DNA from: Fimbriosthenelais zetlandica
Taxonomy: Eukaryota
DNA: 64,000 nucleotides
Direction: 5' to 3'
Assembly (NCBI GenBank): GCA_977030845.1
Contig: OZ365116.1
Location: 20,646,001 to 20,710,000 of the forward strand
The notes beneath the pieces are model-generated. The model was not told where the DNA came from, did no database searches, and worked only from the letters and a program-made list of their open reading frames with translations. The position numbers were made by a program, and so were the translations under genes. Of this stretch, positions 39,579 through 51,152 are shown piece after piece. Positions within the stretch are counted from its first letter, which is position 1. Each line of letters starts with the position of its first letter.

Positions 39579-39994
39579 AATAAATATCTAATTTTGATCT
39601 GATGTTTGCGACACAAAGCACTAAGCAAGGGCACAAATTAGAAGACAGGTTCAACCCAGAGCAAGTGAACATGGTTTTTCCTGCCCGTGCTCAATCCACT
39701 GGAATATTGAACGTGATAGTACAACTACAACACGGGGTAGCTCTCACTGCAATTGTAAGGAAGGCAAATATGGGATCATATAAATATCTATATAATAAAT
39801 ATCTAATTTTGATCTGATGTTTGCGACACAAAGCACTAAGCAAGGGCACAAATTAGAAGACAGGTTCAACCCAGAGCAAGTGAACATGGTTTTTCCTGCC
39901 CGTGCTCAATCCACTGGAATATTGAACGTGATAGTACAACTACAACACGGGGTAGCTCTCACTGCAATTGTAAGGAAGGCAAATATGGGATCAT
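39579..39994 (+). repeat. tandem duplication of 201 bp (39579-39779 and 39794-39994) with a 14-bp junction insert
   Basis: The two copies read as identical, and the ORF track shows the same peptide starting at 39602 and 39817 (period 215). Confidence 0.95.
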
Positions 39995-40419
39995 TTTTAC
40001 TTTTCCCTTTTTCTATCGTGGGTCAAATATCACTAGGTAGAAATGCTACTTCAACGTTACAAGATGATAAACAATTTTCAGTTTACCCTTCACAGCAAAA
40101 TATTATTCAATCACCAATAAGTAGTAAAACAGTGATAATGGCAACAAATACGCAGAGAGGAAATTTGAAAGAGTCGCCGGAAAGTCAACTTGTGCAGGCC
40201 TGAGGGGAGCAGACATAGAAATAGACAGGAAATTCCATTTATAAATTAAGCTGTAGAGGACTGGAGGGTATGGATGTAGTGATCTCTGTTAGGATTCAGC
40301 TTGTGTAGCTGGCTTAAGCTGATTTGTGGGAATCAGCGTGTAATCTCCTTCTCCCCTTGTCACAATGGACTAACAATCAACATCCCTGGAAGTGGGAAAC
40401 AAAGTTAATATCTACTCAC

Positions 40420-40426
40420 CGACCAT
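40420..40426 (-). CDS. very weak candidate micro first exon ATG GTC G (phase 1)
   Basis: Strong donor CG|gtgagt preceded by ATG. It could equally be a non-coding exon end or chance. Confidence 0.15.
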
Positions 40427-41669
40427 TAAATAATGACCATTTGATAGAACCCTATCACACTAGCATCAATATACTTTTAATGATAATATAGATATACATT
40501 CTTCTTTCTATGTACATAGCTCTGAATATATTAAAGCATATTTCACCTATGTATATACCAAGAGGGAGGGAAGGAGGGAGAGAGAGAAATTGAAGCTGAG
40601 GATTTGCAGCATCAGCTAAATACCCTTTATCGCTGAAGGAATGATTAGCTGCTATGGAGTCAGCAGTTCAATATAAAACAATCTATAAAAGGTCAACATC
40701 ATATAGAGACAAAGGTCAGGGGCTGGTGCCTCTTTAACGATGCGTCTCTGGGCAGTTTATAAAGCAAATACATTCTACACGAGGCTGAATAGTCCCTGGA
40801 CATGTTTTTCAATTGAGCAAAATAGAACCATTTCTAAATATAGAACTGTGTACGTAGGTAATAGTTTAAAGTTGCCTCTAAATAGACAGGAAAATAAAAG
40901 TGATTATTCCCTCCTCGATATAACCAACAAGACGAAAAATTAACCCAGAAACTATATAAGAATGAAAGATAAGGATTGTAAATGGAGCATCAACTGCCGC
41001 CATAAGCCTCTCATAAGCACCTGTAGCTCCAACTATAGCTGCTCTAGATCCTCCCACTAGTGAAAGCTATTTCCCTTTTTCTCAGAGAATGCAATTAAAG
41101 TCGGTTCCTCCTCCTCCCTTGAGAGGCAATTCAAGCAAAATTGTCCAAAGTGTTTCCAATTTCCCTCCCTTTTTACACCTGGCTACGTGTCGATTAAGAG
41201 CAGGAATAGCAGGATACTTAAGACATTTTAAAGGAGAGTCAGGTTTGATTTTCTCCATAGATGGGGAAATCAAAGGATGTTTTTAATATTTTGGCTTCAA
41301 AGAGGACGTAATGGCAATGGACGCTAAAATCTATACCTAGACACAAAAAGACTATCTTCATTAAAGTGTACGGCTTGATAGACTATGAATTGGAGTCTTG
41401 AGATCATGAGTCACAAGTGAGGGTATATTCCCAAGTTTGTACCAGCCAGTGTGAACAGTTTAATCGATGAACAGCTCCAATTTTGGAAACGTATGAATGT
41501 CAAGCCTTGCTCACTTCATACATAACAAAGGTGCTTATATTCCATCCTACTCTCATGGGCTTTAAAGGTCCGTGGATCTAGGATTAAACCGAGCTAGTAC
41601 AGAAGAAATATATGCTCAGAGAGACTCATTAAGTTATAATGAGCAGATGGAGGGTGGGATCTTCAAGGT

Positions 41670-41686
41670 GGGGGGGGGGGGGGGGG
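41670..41686 (+). repeat. poly-G17
   Basis: Read directly. Confidence 0.85.
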
Positions 41687-44600
41687 TATGGGATGCACGC
41701 GGAATCTCTTGATAGGAGAGGCTCGTGGTGTGGCAAGAGAAGAGCAGGCAGCTCAGCTTGTTTTATTTTTAGAGACAAACATTCCAGGCATTTGAAGTGC
41801 TTGCCTGAGAGTTGAAGTGCTTGTCACTGAGGCTAAGGGGAGAAATGTCAGGCATTTGAGGTGGTCAGCGTAAGAACCGCGTACCATTCACATAGAGCTT
41901 GATTGGCAGTAGCCGGGGCGGGAGGCCAGTTGGTCAGGCTTTTTGACCTCCCAGTGCAATCCCGAAATAATCCCAAATCGATTAGCTTAATCCATTTAAA
42001 AACACAGCTAGGCATGCGGGCAGTCAGTGCATTTTTAGCTAGCGTCACTTTGCCCCTAAAAACTTCTGTTCAGGGTATCAAGACGTTTTTTCTGCTCTTA
42101 ATACTGACTGCCTGTGGCATCAGATCTGTCTTCTTTTTCCTGCATGCACAGCGTGGGTCAGTGTAATGAGCATTTAAGAATGACTCAGAGGCACTCAGTC
42201 TCCCTCATTGAGGAGGGATCTGCCCGCCTAGCGCTGCTGTCTTTTACCACCTGAACATCATCACTCACCCACTCCTTCATATGTGATCCGTGGGCGTCAC
42301 CACGAACAGAAGTACAGCTCCTTTAATTAGGGTAATGGCAGAGACAAGAACTTGTCCATACCCAACTTTACTTTTACACATAAATACCAACATTATAGAA
42401 TATATCAAATTAAGTGACCAATGGCTTTAGAACTACCAGCCATAACAAGACACGTCACTGAGCAATGATAATTGATTATATGCCTTGATATATTACCATG
42501 GGCCTGTACAATGATTCATAGGCCAGCAATCTAAATAGTACCGAAGCAACATATTTCATTCATTCTGCAAGGGCACACAAATAAGCCACAATTCATCTTG
42601 AATAATATGGAAGCTTTGAACCGCAAATTCAATTAGAATTCTGCGTAACTGTATGCGAGCAGAGACCTGACATTTTTAACCGAATACATCTATAATATAT
42701 GTAAAATGGCTACGGTTCTATAGATATGAATTCTCTCGTTTCAGAGACAAAGAAACAATATGGCTTCCAGAGACTTTGATATAAGGAACTACGACTACTA
42801 ATGTAGGCTGTAATTGAGGGATAGCAATGAAACTATCACAAAACACACGGATAGTTCATCTAATGCATTATGAGATCTTCGACATCAAAACAACTGCAGA
42901 ATGGCTGACTGTACTAACGAAAGTAAACCTAACCCCATTCATTTCATTCATCTGGAAACAGACTCAAAGTACAAAATATCAGACCAAAATGACTGAATCT
43001 TGAATGATCTATCAGAACAAAAATAACTTCGTAATACCATTGGATCTATATACAAGGATCAAGATACACCAAGCTGGTTTTTGCCAGCCAGTTGCTAGTT
43101 ACCTGAAAATGATATTCCAAAATATACACTCTCACTAATTGTTGTTTACTCCATTAAGTTATAGACAGCCAATTGATGAAACTAGATAATATGATTAAAA
43201 GAAGTATAATTGCTGTCAACCGCTATAAGATCCACCAAGTAGAACCAAAACTTAAGCACTGACAGCAGCTGCCAAAAGAAAGACAGACATTTAATGATTG
43301 GTACCTAAGGGAAGTCTTACATTGGAAGGAAGCCTCCAACTTGTAACCATATGAAGACATCATATAGTGCAGCCACTCGTCATGACTGTCAGACCTGCAG
43401 GCTCCTCACTCACTCATTCCCTGCATTATTAGCTTAATATCAGTAACTTAGCTGACACAATATCTATAACCATAGATAACCATATCAACATGGGCCTAGT
43501 CTGTCATCTCCTCCTCCATACTATTCTGAACAATACATTAATTATCCTCAGCATTCATTCAATAAAAATGAAAGAGGATCCTTGCTGTTTGTGCTTTTGT
43601 TAAGTTGGTCTTATTTCGACTTTTCCTTGATTATCTATTTCCCTGATTAAATCTATCACCTGTTGAGGCCACATAGGAAAGAGACAGATAGTAATAAATA
43701 TGGTTGGGAGCAGGAACAGAAGCTAGATGTGACAAGAACAGGAGCTACATGTGGCAGGGACAAGGGGAGCTGGATCTGACAGGAGCAGAAAAAACATGGA
43801 AACTACACATGATTGTATGTACACACATATTATACCGCCACATGAGAAGCTCAAGATACAGTCCACATTGTTGCAAAGGTGTGATATTAAATAATACAGA
43901 GATATGTGATATAAAGGAGAGACTGGGCCATAGTAAGATTATGAGTTGAGGTGTAATGAGGAGTTGGGTGCAGCTTATTAACGTTAGTAGAGGTGATAAT
44001 GAGGGAAGTCCTCACACTTACATCACAGCCTCATAACGCCATTATTACTCTCACAACTTAATTGGATCTCAACTCTGCTAAAACAGAAAAGCATTAGCTC
44101 AATAGCATGGACTGATAAACTCAAAGGCCAAATGAGCCAGGAATCCTTTGCCCTTTAAAGGGAAGGTTTCCCCAAGATAAGGCATTAAATAATTTAACGT
44201 AGTTCAAGCCTTCAAAAGGTTTGGCCTTTTCTGCGCGTCTAGTTTTTTCTCAACTTCCTCTCACACGGCTGAGTGTTTCTGTTGTTTCTTCATGTGCAGC
44301 TGTCAGGGATGTTTGTTTCTCATTTATTATTAAGGGAGATGTCATCCATACCCTCCAGGCTGCCTCCTCTTTATTTTCAGACACAGACTGAACATCCAGG
44401 CGACCTATAGTCATGGCCTTAACACCAGCATTAAGTGAGGGATCGTAGCTCATCTCCCAGACCCACTTTCCCAACCAGGACTGATATTGAATGGACTTAC
44501 CAACATTAAGTCCTTATTGGTACAGATTTTAGTACATTCCTTAAGTGGGTCTTATTACACCTCATCCTGAAGAACCTGAGGAAATGAGACAAGCCACAAT

Positions 44601-47600
44601 TTACGTCTACTCACCATATGAGTTGACAATGAGAGAAGCTGAGACATGTTAAGGCCAGCTGGAGGCAGTGAGGTGAATGGTGCTATAGTGAGGGTAGTGG
44701 GATTACAGCCGTGTGTACTAGGGAACAACCTGTTGTTGAGGGTTGATAGGAGTGAGGCTGGGAAAGTGAGTCATTGGATTCACACGACCTTCATGTCAAC
44801 AGGTGTATGCCTATACCCACTCCCTGATCATTAAAACAGGCATCCTATGACATTTTCGCTGATGCAGGGAAATAATTATTTCATAATGATTCGGGAATGT
44901 CGTCATTCATCTCTAATTAGATAAAGGGGGATATATTTAAGTCTTATTAAGTAAAGCTACTGGGGGCAAGGACGAATAGAACGAAGCTCAAAGGAATAGT
45001 AAACAAGGGGTTTCCTTGGGAAAGATATAGATTATAGATCTGTACCTTTGACTGTCTTCTGCCATAAGAAAAAATAAAAGATCTATTTCTGGCTCTATCA
45101 GTCTTCCTTCAGGGACAGTGCTAGATGGTAACGGATTACCCCGGGAAGATTTATTTTCGCCCTAATATAATTATGAAACCATTAATATCCCTAATCATAT
45201 CCATCATTAGTCCCTTAAGCAAAGGATTGAGGAAGAAGGTATTGCATTACAATGTATCGCTTCACGAACATAGTTTGTTCCTTGATGGATGTGGGAGGTG
45301 TGTATTTTCCCCTTATAGTGCAAAAATTACGAGGGCGCGAAAATAAAAAACGATCAGCAATGGGTACATATAGCAGCTGGTGCCAGCGGCAATGTTTCCA
45401 CGCTTCCCCGGAGTCTTTGTACCCACCAGGGTCCATCAATTATACAGCAGATATAACACTTCTAAAGCACACACCGGCCAGTTTTCACAGGAACACGGAT
45501 GCATTTGATGCTTTGTGTGGATAAAGCTTTTCAGTTCGTCAACAAAAAATTGTTCTGGTCAGAATCAATGAGATGGATAAAGCATGGACTGATTTAACCA
45601 GAGTGGGCCTGTGAACATTGAGCTATCAATACATGTTCATATTTACATGGCCATTTTTACCTTTTTACCCAGAGTGAAACGTCTAGTGCAAATGGTATTT
45701 TCAGCAACATCTTTCAACAATTTATGTCTCTGCAATGACAAACGAGTGCAACGTTTGCTTGGTCTAGAATTCAAGCCCTTCTAATGACGTTCTGGTTTCT
45801 TACAATCTAGGGGAAAACATTGAGTACGTTTAGCACTTAGTCACAGCATGTAGGCGTTGTGGTGGGAGAAGGCACCGTAAAGAAACTCGTGTGAAGATTC
45901 TGTCTTTGATTTCACTCTTCTCATGTATCAAATGTAATTATAAAAGCATCCTTCTTAAAGCTAAGGAAGAGAACAAAGCGCTTAACTTTCATTAGGAAGC
46001 TTTTAAGGCATTTTTAATGCATCAGATAGCTTCCATATAGATCTGAATAGTCAGGCTGGCCATCTGAAAAACGTTCATCCCCATATCCAGAATAGTCTAA
46101 TACATGATGCATATGAAACAGGCAGATGTTAAGCTATTTCTAGGCAGTTCTTGTTTTCACCAGAATGTTTATAATTGAGTTAATATAACAATACATAATA
46201 TAATTTGCAAATTATATAATACATGTACTCTTCCATGTTTGCATATGGAAGTGAAGGGTAAGAGAGTGGTGAGCACACCCACCTGATGCCCCGGTAACCC
46301 GAGCCTACATGACAGCTCAGCACTGAATAGAGGCAAACAGTCCTAAAATATGAGAGGATCAACTCAACAATTGTACACGACAGAGAATGTTCAGCGCACC
46401 TGGTACCCTACAAGAGTTAACATTCATAAATGACAACCACAGCCTACCTATAGCCTAATCATTGTTTTATTAATAATCATCCATATTTCTGGATGATATC
46501 TGGTAGTAAGATAGATGGCATGCATCATTGAAACCTCTGCATTATGAGGTAGAATCCAATCTAACACCTTCATAAAAAGCTAGTAGGATTCACTTGTTCC
46601 AGTATTTGCAGCCATGGTGAAATATTGACGGGAAAGCCACGCGGCATGCCGCCTGCCTGCACAGCGAGCACAATAGGCCAGACAATATTATAATTCCACG
46701 ACTACATAATATCCGCGGGAGTACATAAAAAACGCTCAGGAAGAGGTTAATTGTATGCGAGAGGTTATATTGCATGTAAAATGATACACAATTCTGTTCC
46801 AATTCCATAACTTCATCTAAAATCGATAAGGGATACTGAGACTCATACATGTATGTGAGTATATAAGACTGTATTTTGAAGGCTATGTCTGAGGGTAGGG
46901 TAGTATGAGATGTAGCGTCTCAGGAGAGCTGATGCTCCACCCTCACACAACAAGTTGAGGTCTGGCAGAACAATCTCTGCTTCTCCCTCACTGCCTGCAG
47001 AAGATTGAGCTGCCTTTGGAATAAGCTCAGTCATAGATCTTAATGCTGAGACTCACTCAGGCTTTGTTTCTATCAACAATCTGACTCGAGCTGTAATTAT
47101 ATACCAGATAATCCCTTTAGATATAATTGTTTTTTCACAAATGTTTCATAAAAGTTTTTTTCACAAGCCATATATGATTTGAATCATCAACACAATATGC
47201 AATGACCTTTAAATCAAATGCATTGGCGGTCCTTCACAAAGGTTCGGGGTGATATCAATTTCATATCATTATATTGGAAATGTCACCGATATAGAGTAAA
47301 ACTGTGAGATTAAATTTTGATATCAAGGGATGTATGAGTCAACATCTCGTCTATAAACATAACCAGGTGGAGTTGGGAATGGTTTTAGAAGCAGGAGGCC
47401 TGCATCTGCCCCCTCCACCTATATGACCTTTCCAAGGGATGAAGAAGGTGTCCAAGGATTGGCCAATCACACTGCCTTCTTCCCATCCTTTTGTAACCTT
47501 GCAAAGTCTCGCATGTTAATGCTGTCACGAGGTTGACATTTCCGACTGGAATTACAAACAAAAAAGCTAACATTGGGCGCTAGGGGGTTATTTCTAGATT

Positions 47601-49342
47601 CCTGTATGAGTCCGCTTCTAAGCCTATCACAAGCTGAAGACAAAATACTCTTTAACTGGAGAGAATACTGATAGCTTGTTATTTTTAGCTAGGTACCATT
47701 TCCTTGCCAGTTCTGGCTTCATTTATTATTGTCTTAAAGATAATCACAAGTATATTGAAATGTTACACATATTTCAGTATTTAATTAGGCATTGAAATAT
47801 ACTCCGGTCAGTTACGACACACTGTATCATTTGTCTGCAGTGATCACTGAATCCAAGCCATTTCAATTGTTTAAAAATAAAGGACGATGGAGATTGATCC
47901 CATGGGATGTCTCAGTGAAGTCTGAGGAAAAATCAGAAAGTGGGACAAAGAAAGTCGTACCTATAAATAAATCAATGCAATGATTTTGCCTTCACAACAT
48001 AGGCCTACTGTTATTCATGCATTTGTGAGTTGACAATCTGTGCCACACCCATACTTGCTGCAAGAACTGGTCCCAGCATGCTTCATTTGATGTCTGGCAG
48101 CATGAACAGATTCTAGTTTTAAGGACAGAGTTGCTGAGGAACTGTGAATCTCCATCAAGAAATTCAAGTGTAAGCCTTGCCAAATCCAACAACTAAACAA
48201 AGCGACAGTTTAAACAGACTAAGAGCCAGGAGATGAATTAAAATCTGACGTGAGCCAGCGTTCCTTTCATGACAATGACAAATGGCGTCCCTTGAGAGGG
48301 AATCTTTGCAGGACAACACAGTGAACCCTCCAGGGCATCCCTCCTAGTAATGAACAGGTCTCCTGGTGGTAAGAGCTAAAACAAACTCTTTATTTACTTA
48401 AACCCGGAGCGATCAAAAAATGGCGGAGAAAATCGCATCAGCCCGCTAAAGCTCAGGAGTGCAGTCCTTCAGTCAGGAATTCAGGTCACAGGATGCTAAT
48501 TGTTATTTGATGAGCATTGCAATTTAATCATTGAGAGATGGGGGTGCTTGTCTACAGGGCAAATAAGGTATACATGCCTCCAAGCCCTGTAATGTATGAC
48601 AGCCCAGAGTGTAGTAGCAGGGTGATGGTGATAATGGTTGGTTGTAGTAACGATGGTTAACAGGATGTATACTGGGTCACCTTTATGACTCACTTATCTT
48701 CAGGTAATAGTAATCACCAGGCAGATTTCCATGATTAATAATTTTTGGTAGAGAAGAATTGCACCACTTGGTACACGGAAAACACCATGAAACCTGGCCT
48801 CGTCTGACCTAAGTTTATTGCTCCATTAGCCTACTGTATACATGGATGTGAGAGTGTCTATTTTCAGCTTAATGGGGTCTTTAGTTCCTGACTTCTACCA
48901 TTCACTCTGAATCATTTATGGCATCCCTGCGTAACGCAGTCTCCTACTTCAGATATTAAAATTTTCAGCCTGGCTTTTGCTTCAATACCTTAGATTTGAA
49001 CTCTACAAATTTGATAACCCAAAAGGCTTGCTGCATGTAACTGAACATATACAGCAGGGGAGATGAAGCATGTTTTAGAATTGGAATGTTAATAAATTAT
49101 ATTAGAAATGCATATACATGTATTGGATAAATGATATAACTTCAGAAAATCCAATATAATATCAGGCAACATGTCGTGCCAAATCTTTGACAATGAATCT
49201 AATGACAGGAGATGTGGCACCATACAAGACAAAAATAACTATGCAGACAGCGCCGCAGTTAGAAGGCTGGGTATTTTTAAATTGTGAATGTCTGTGTGCA
49301 GACATAGCCTCTATTGCTAGAGGGGTTGAGTTATTGGGGGTC

Positions 49343-49356
49343 GGGGGGGGGGGGGG
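49343..49356 (+). repeat. poly-G14
   Basis: Read directly. Confidence 0.85.
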
Positions 49357-50888
49357 TAGGATGGCATGGAGTCTGGTTTCATGTGGTAAGCCAACCACAT
49401 GTTTATGCTATCATGGCTAACCCTGGTCTAAAATAGCGATAATTAGTGCTGTCCACAGAATGAGCAGGCTAGCGACGAGTCACATTGACATTTACCTGGG
49501 TGTAAATATAGTCAGGGCTGGCCCAAAACATGGCAGGAGGCAGAATTCTGGCTCATCCAGGAAAACCAGGAAACACCACAAATTATAGTGACAGAGTATG
49601 CTGCCAGCCTGCTGCAGCCAAAATACCTGTTATACCACCAGTCATATCAACCCCCCATAGAATCATCCGTGCTTAAAGAATAGATTTAAAAATTTAAAGT
49701 CACTGTACCGACATACGTCAGAATATTTTAAAGCATTGCTCATACATACAGAGAATTTCATTTTGCTACCAATCCGATATAGCTTAATATAGAACAGATC
49801 TTTCTTGAACTCCAAGTCCATTTGATTACTCATCCCCAAACTCTTTCCTACAATCCATTTGCTTCCTGATCGCCCTGTCTTTGCCTTCTCTAGCCAGTCG
49901 GCTGATTGAATGAGATTTGTTATTTGCTGCTTTCCCCTCTCTCCACCTGCCACACATACAAGACAGCGTGCAAACATTCATTAGACTGTCCGTGCAGTCC
50001 AGGCTGCTTGTCCCTTCATATGAAAAATCATGGAGGAAGCTAGATAGTGGACCTGACAACGCATCTCCCACTCCTACCTGGCTTATAAATACCCCACTAC
50101 CCGAAATAGCAGACTTCACGACGTAAAAGAAACCAACATCTCTAAATACATTATGATAGAAAGGAATACATTTTGCTGTGCACAGTTTCAATGGTCTAAC
50201 ACTTGAGAATATAGCCTCTATACCTTCTTAAAGTTTGGTGCCTATATATGCAATATCCTAAGAGAAATATCTAGAAAACCACTGCTATAAAATTTAAATT
50301 GATGGCTGCCATGTTTGTAAAAAAAAAAATCGGACTATATATATTATATATCTTTAGATAGATAGGTATCTTGGGATAGAGAAACTTTCCGTTTATAGCG
50401 ATGGACAATGACCTTTATTTAGGGCTCAGGTGAGACACTGACTGGTAAATGACCAGGAGTTGTCACATAGAGCAAAAACGCAGATGAATGGCGACCATTA
50501 GTGAAACATAAGAGGGATCAATGACAGGCATTAGTGAACTTAGCCCGGGGGTAAAGAGGATGTGGCATGTGAGTATACAACATCTAACCCCATCTGACTA
50601 GTATTGTTTTCACCCCATTATTGCTCTCTTCCAGCCACAATCTCTTTACCAAGAAGAGAGATAAAAAGTCATTAGGGAAAAGATAAATGTAAGTGGATAA
50701 AAACCGGGATTCCTATTAAAACATGGTTTGGTAATCCATAAAAATAAGATTAGGATCGTGAAGGATTTCCCAGGGAGGCCTTGCCATGTTGTTGCGCATT
50801 TCTCATCGTAAAACATGTGTAAGTGAAGTGTTTTCAATATAATGAAAATTCTAGGAAATGAATAAAAAATAAGGTATTTTAAACTGAC

Positions 50889-51079
50889 CTGTAGGATGTT
50901 TGTTTCCTGATGTTACAGTGGCTCAGCTTGTCTGATAAATCCCAGCTTTCATCGTCATCCGTCATGGAGTAGTTGTCAGGGGGACAGAGTAGGGTGGGGG
51001 TAGGAGTAGTGGATCCCTGACCCCCCAGTCCTCCCCCACCCCCTCTTCCTCCTCCCCCCTCTCCGCTGCAGGTCGCCAT
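50889..51079 (-). CDS. rdgA: DGKI-like first coding exon MATCSGEGGGGRGGGGGLGG...SHCNIRKQTSY(R) (phase 2)
   Basis: gaggATGG context with an in-frame upstream stop and donor TACAG|gtcagt. The C-terminal RKQTSYR resembles recalled DGKI RKQVSYR at the same phase-2 junction. Confidence 0.8.
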
Positions 51080-51152
51080 CCTCCTCGCGCCTGCTGCTCG
51101 CCCACAACTTCATATACTACTAGACTTCATTGAATTCCAGAGACAAAACGTG
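51080..51152 (-). other. 5'UTR part of the DGKI-like exon, with acceptor and a short in-frame uORF (MKSSSI*, 51130-51110)
   Basis: Acceptor tttctgttcttcttttttcag|CACG at 51153/51152 implies a further non-coding exon upstream. Confidence 0.6.

Larger units (their letters stand above)
279..51152 (-). other. rdgA: 5' portion of a type IV diacylglycerol kinase gene (rdgA/DGKI/DGKZ family); C1, catalytic and ankyrin exons not found, presumably left of position 1
   Basis: The large exon has motifs matching recalled Drosophila rdgA N-terminal motifs: CIHCVHLE vs CIHCHYLE, RSSSVDVALPTPETSHYKAI vs RSRSVDIVLPTDEQARYKAL, SLEVP..RSSSFD vs SLEVP..RSASFD. The exon at 51079-50889 ends RKQTSYR| in phase 2, like DGKI RKQVSYR|KAIS. 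Comparison is from memory, not a search. Confidence 0.85.

Noticed and set aside
39602-40203. Duplicated peptide MFATQSTKQGHKLED... (71-aa and 128-aa ORFs)
   Set aside because: Explained entirely by the DNA tandem duplication; no protein family recognised.
44250-44474. Protein-like 74-aa minus-strand ORF
   Set aside because: Only phase-0 or weak donors, and no homology recognised.
46843-47034. 63-aa minus-strand ORF MTELIPKAAQ...
   Set aside because: It ends at a weak phase-0 donor (CAT|gtatga) incompatible with the model.
49830-49981. MNVCTLSCMCGRW...RKEFGD phase-2 candidate first exon
   Set aside because: Weak donor GA|gtaatc and no promoter features; not distinguishable from chance.
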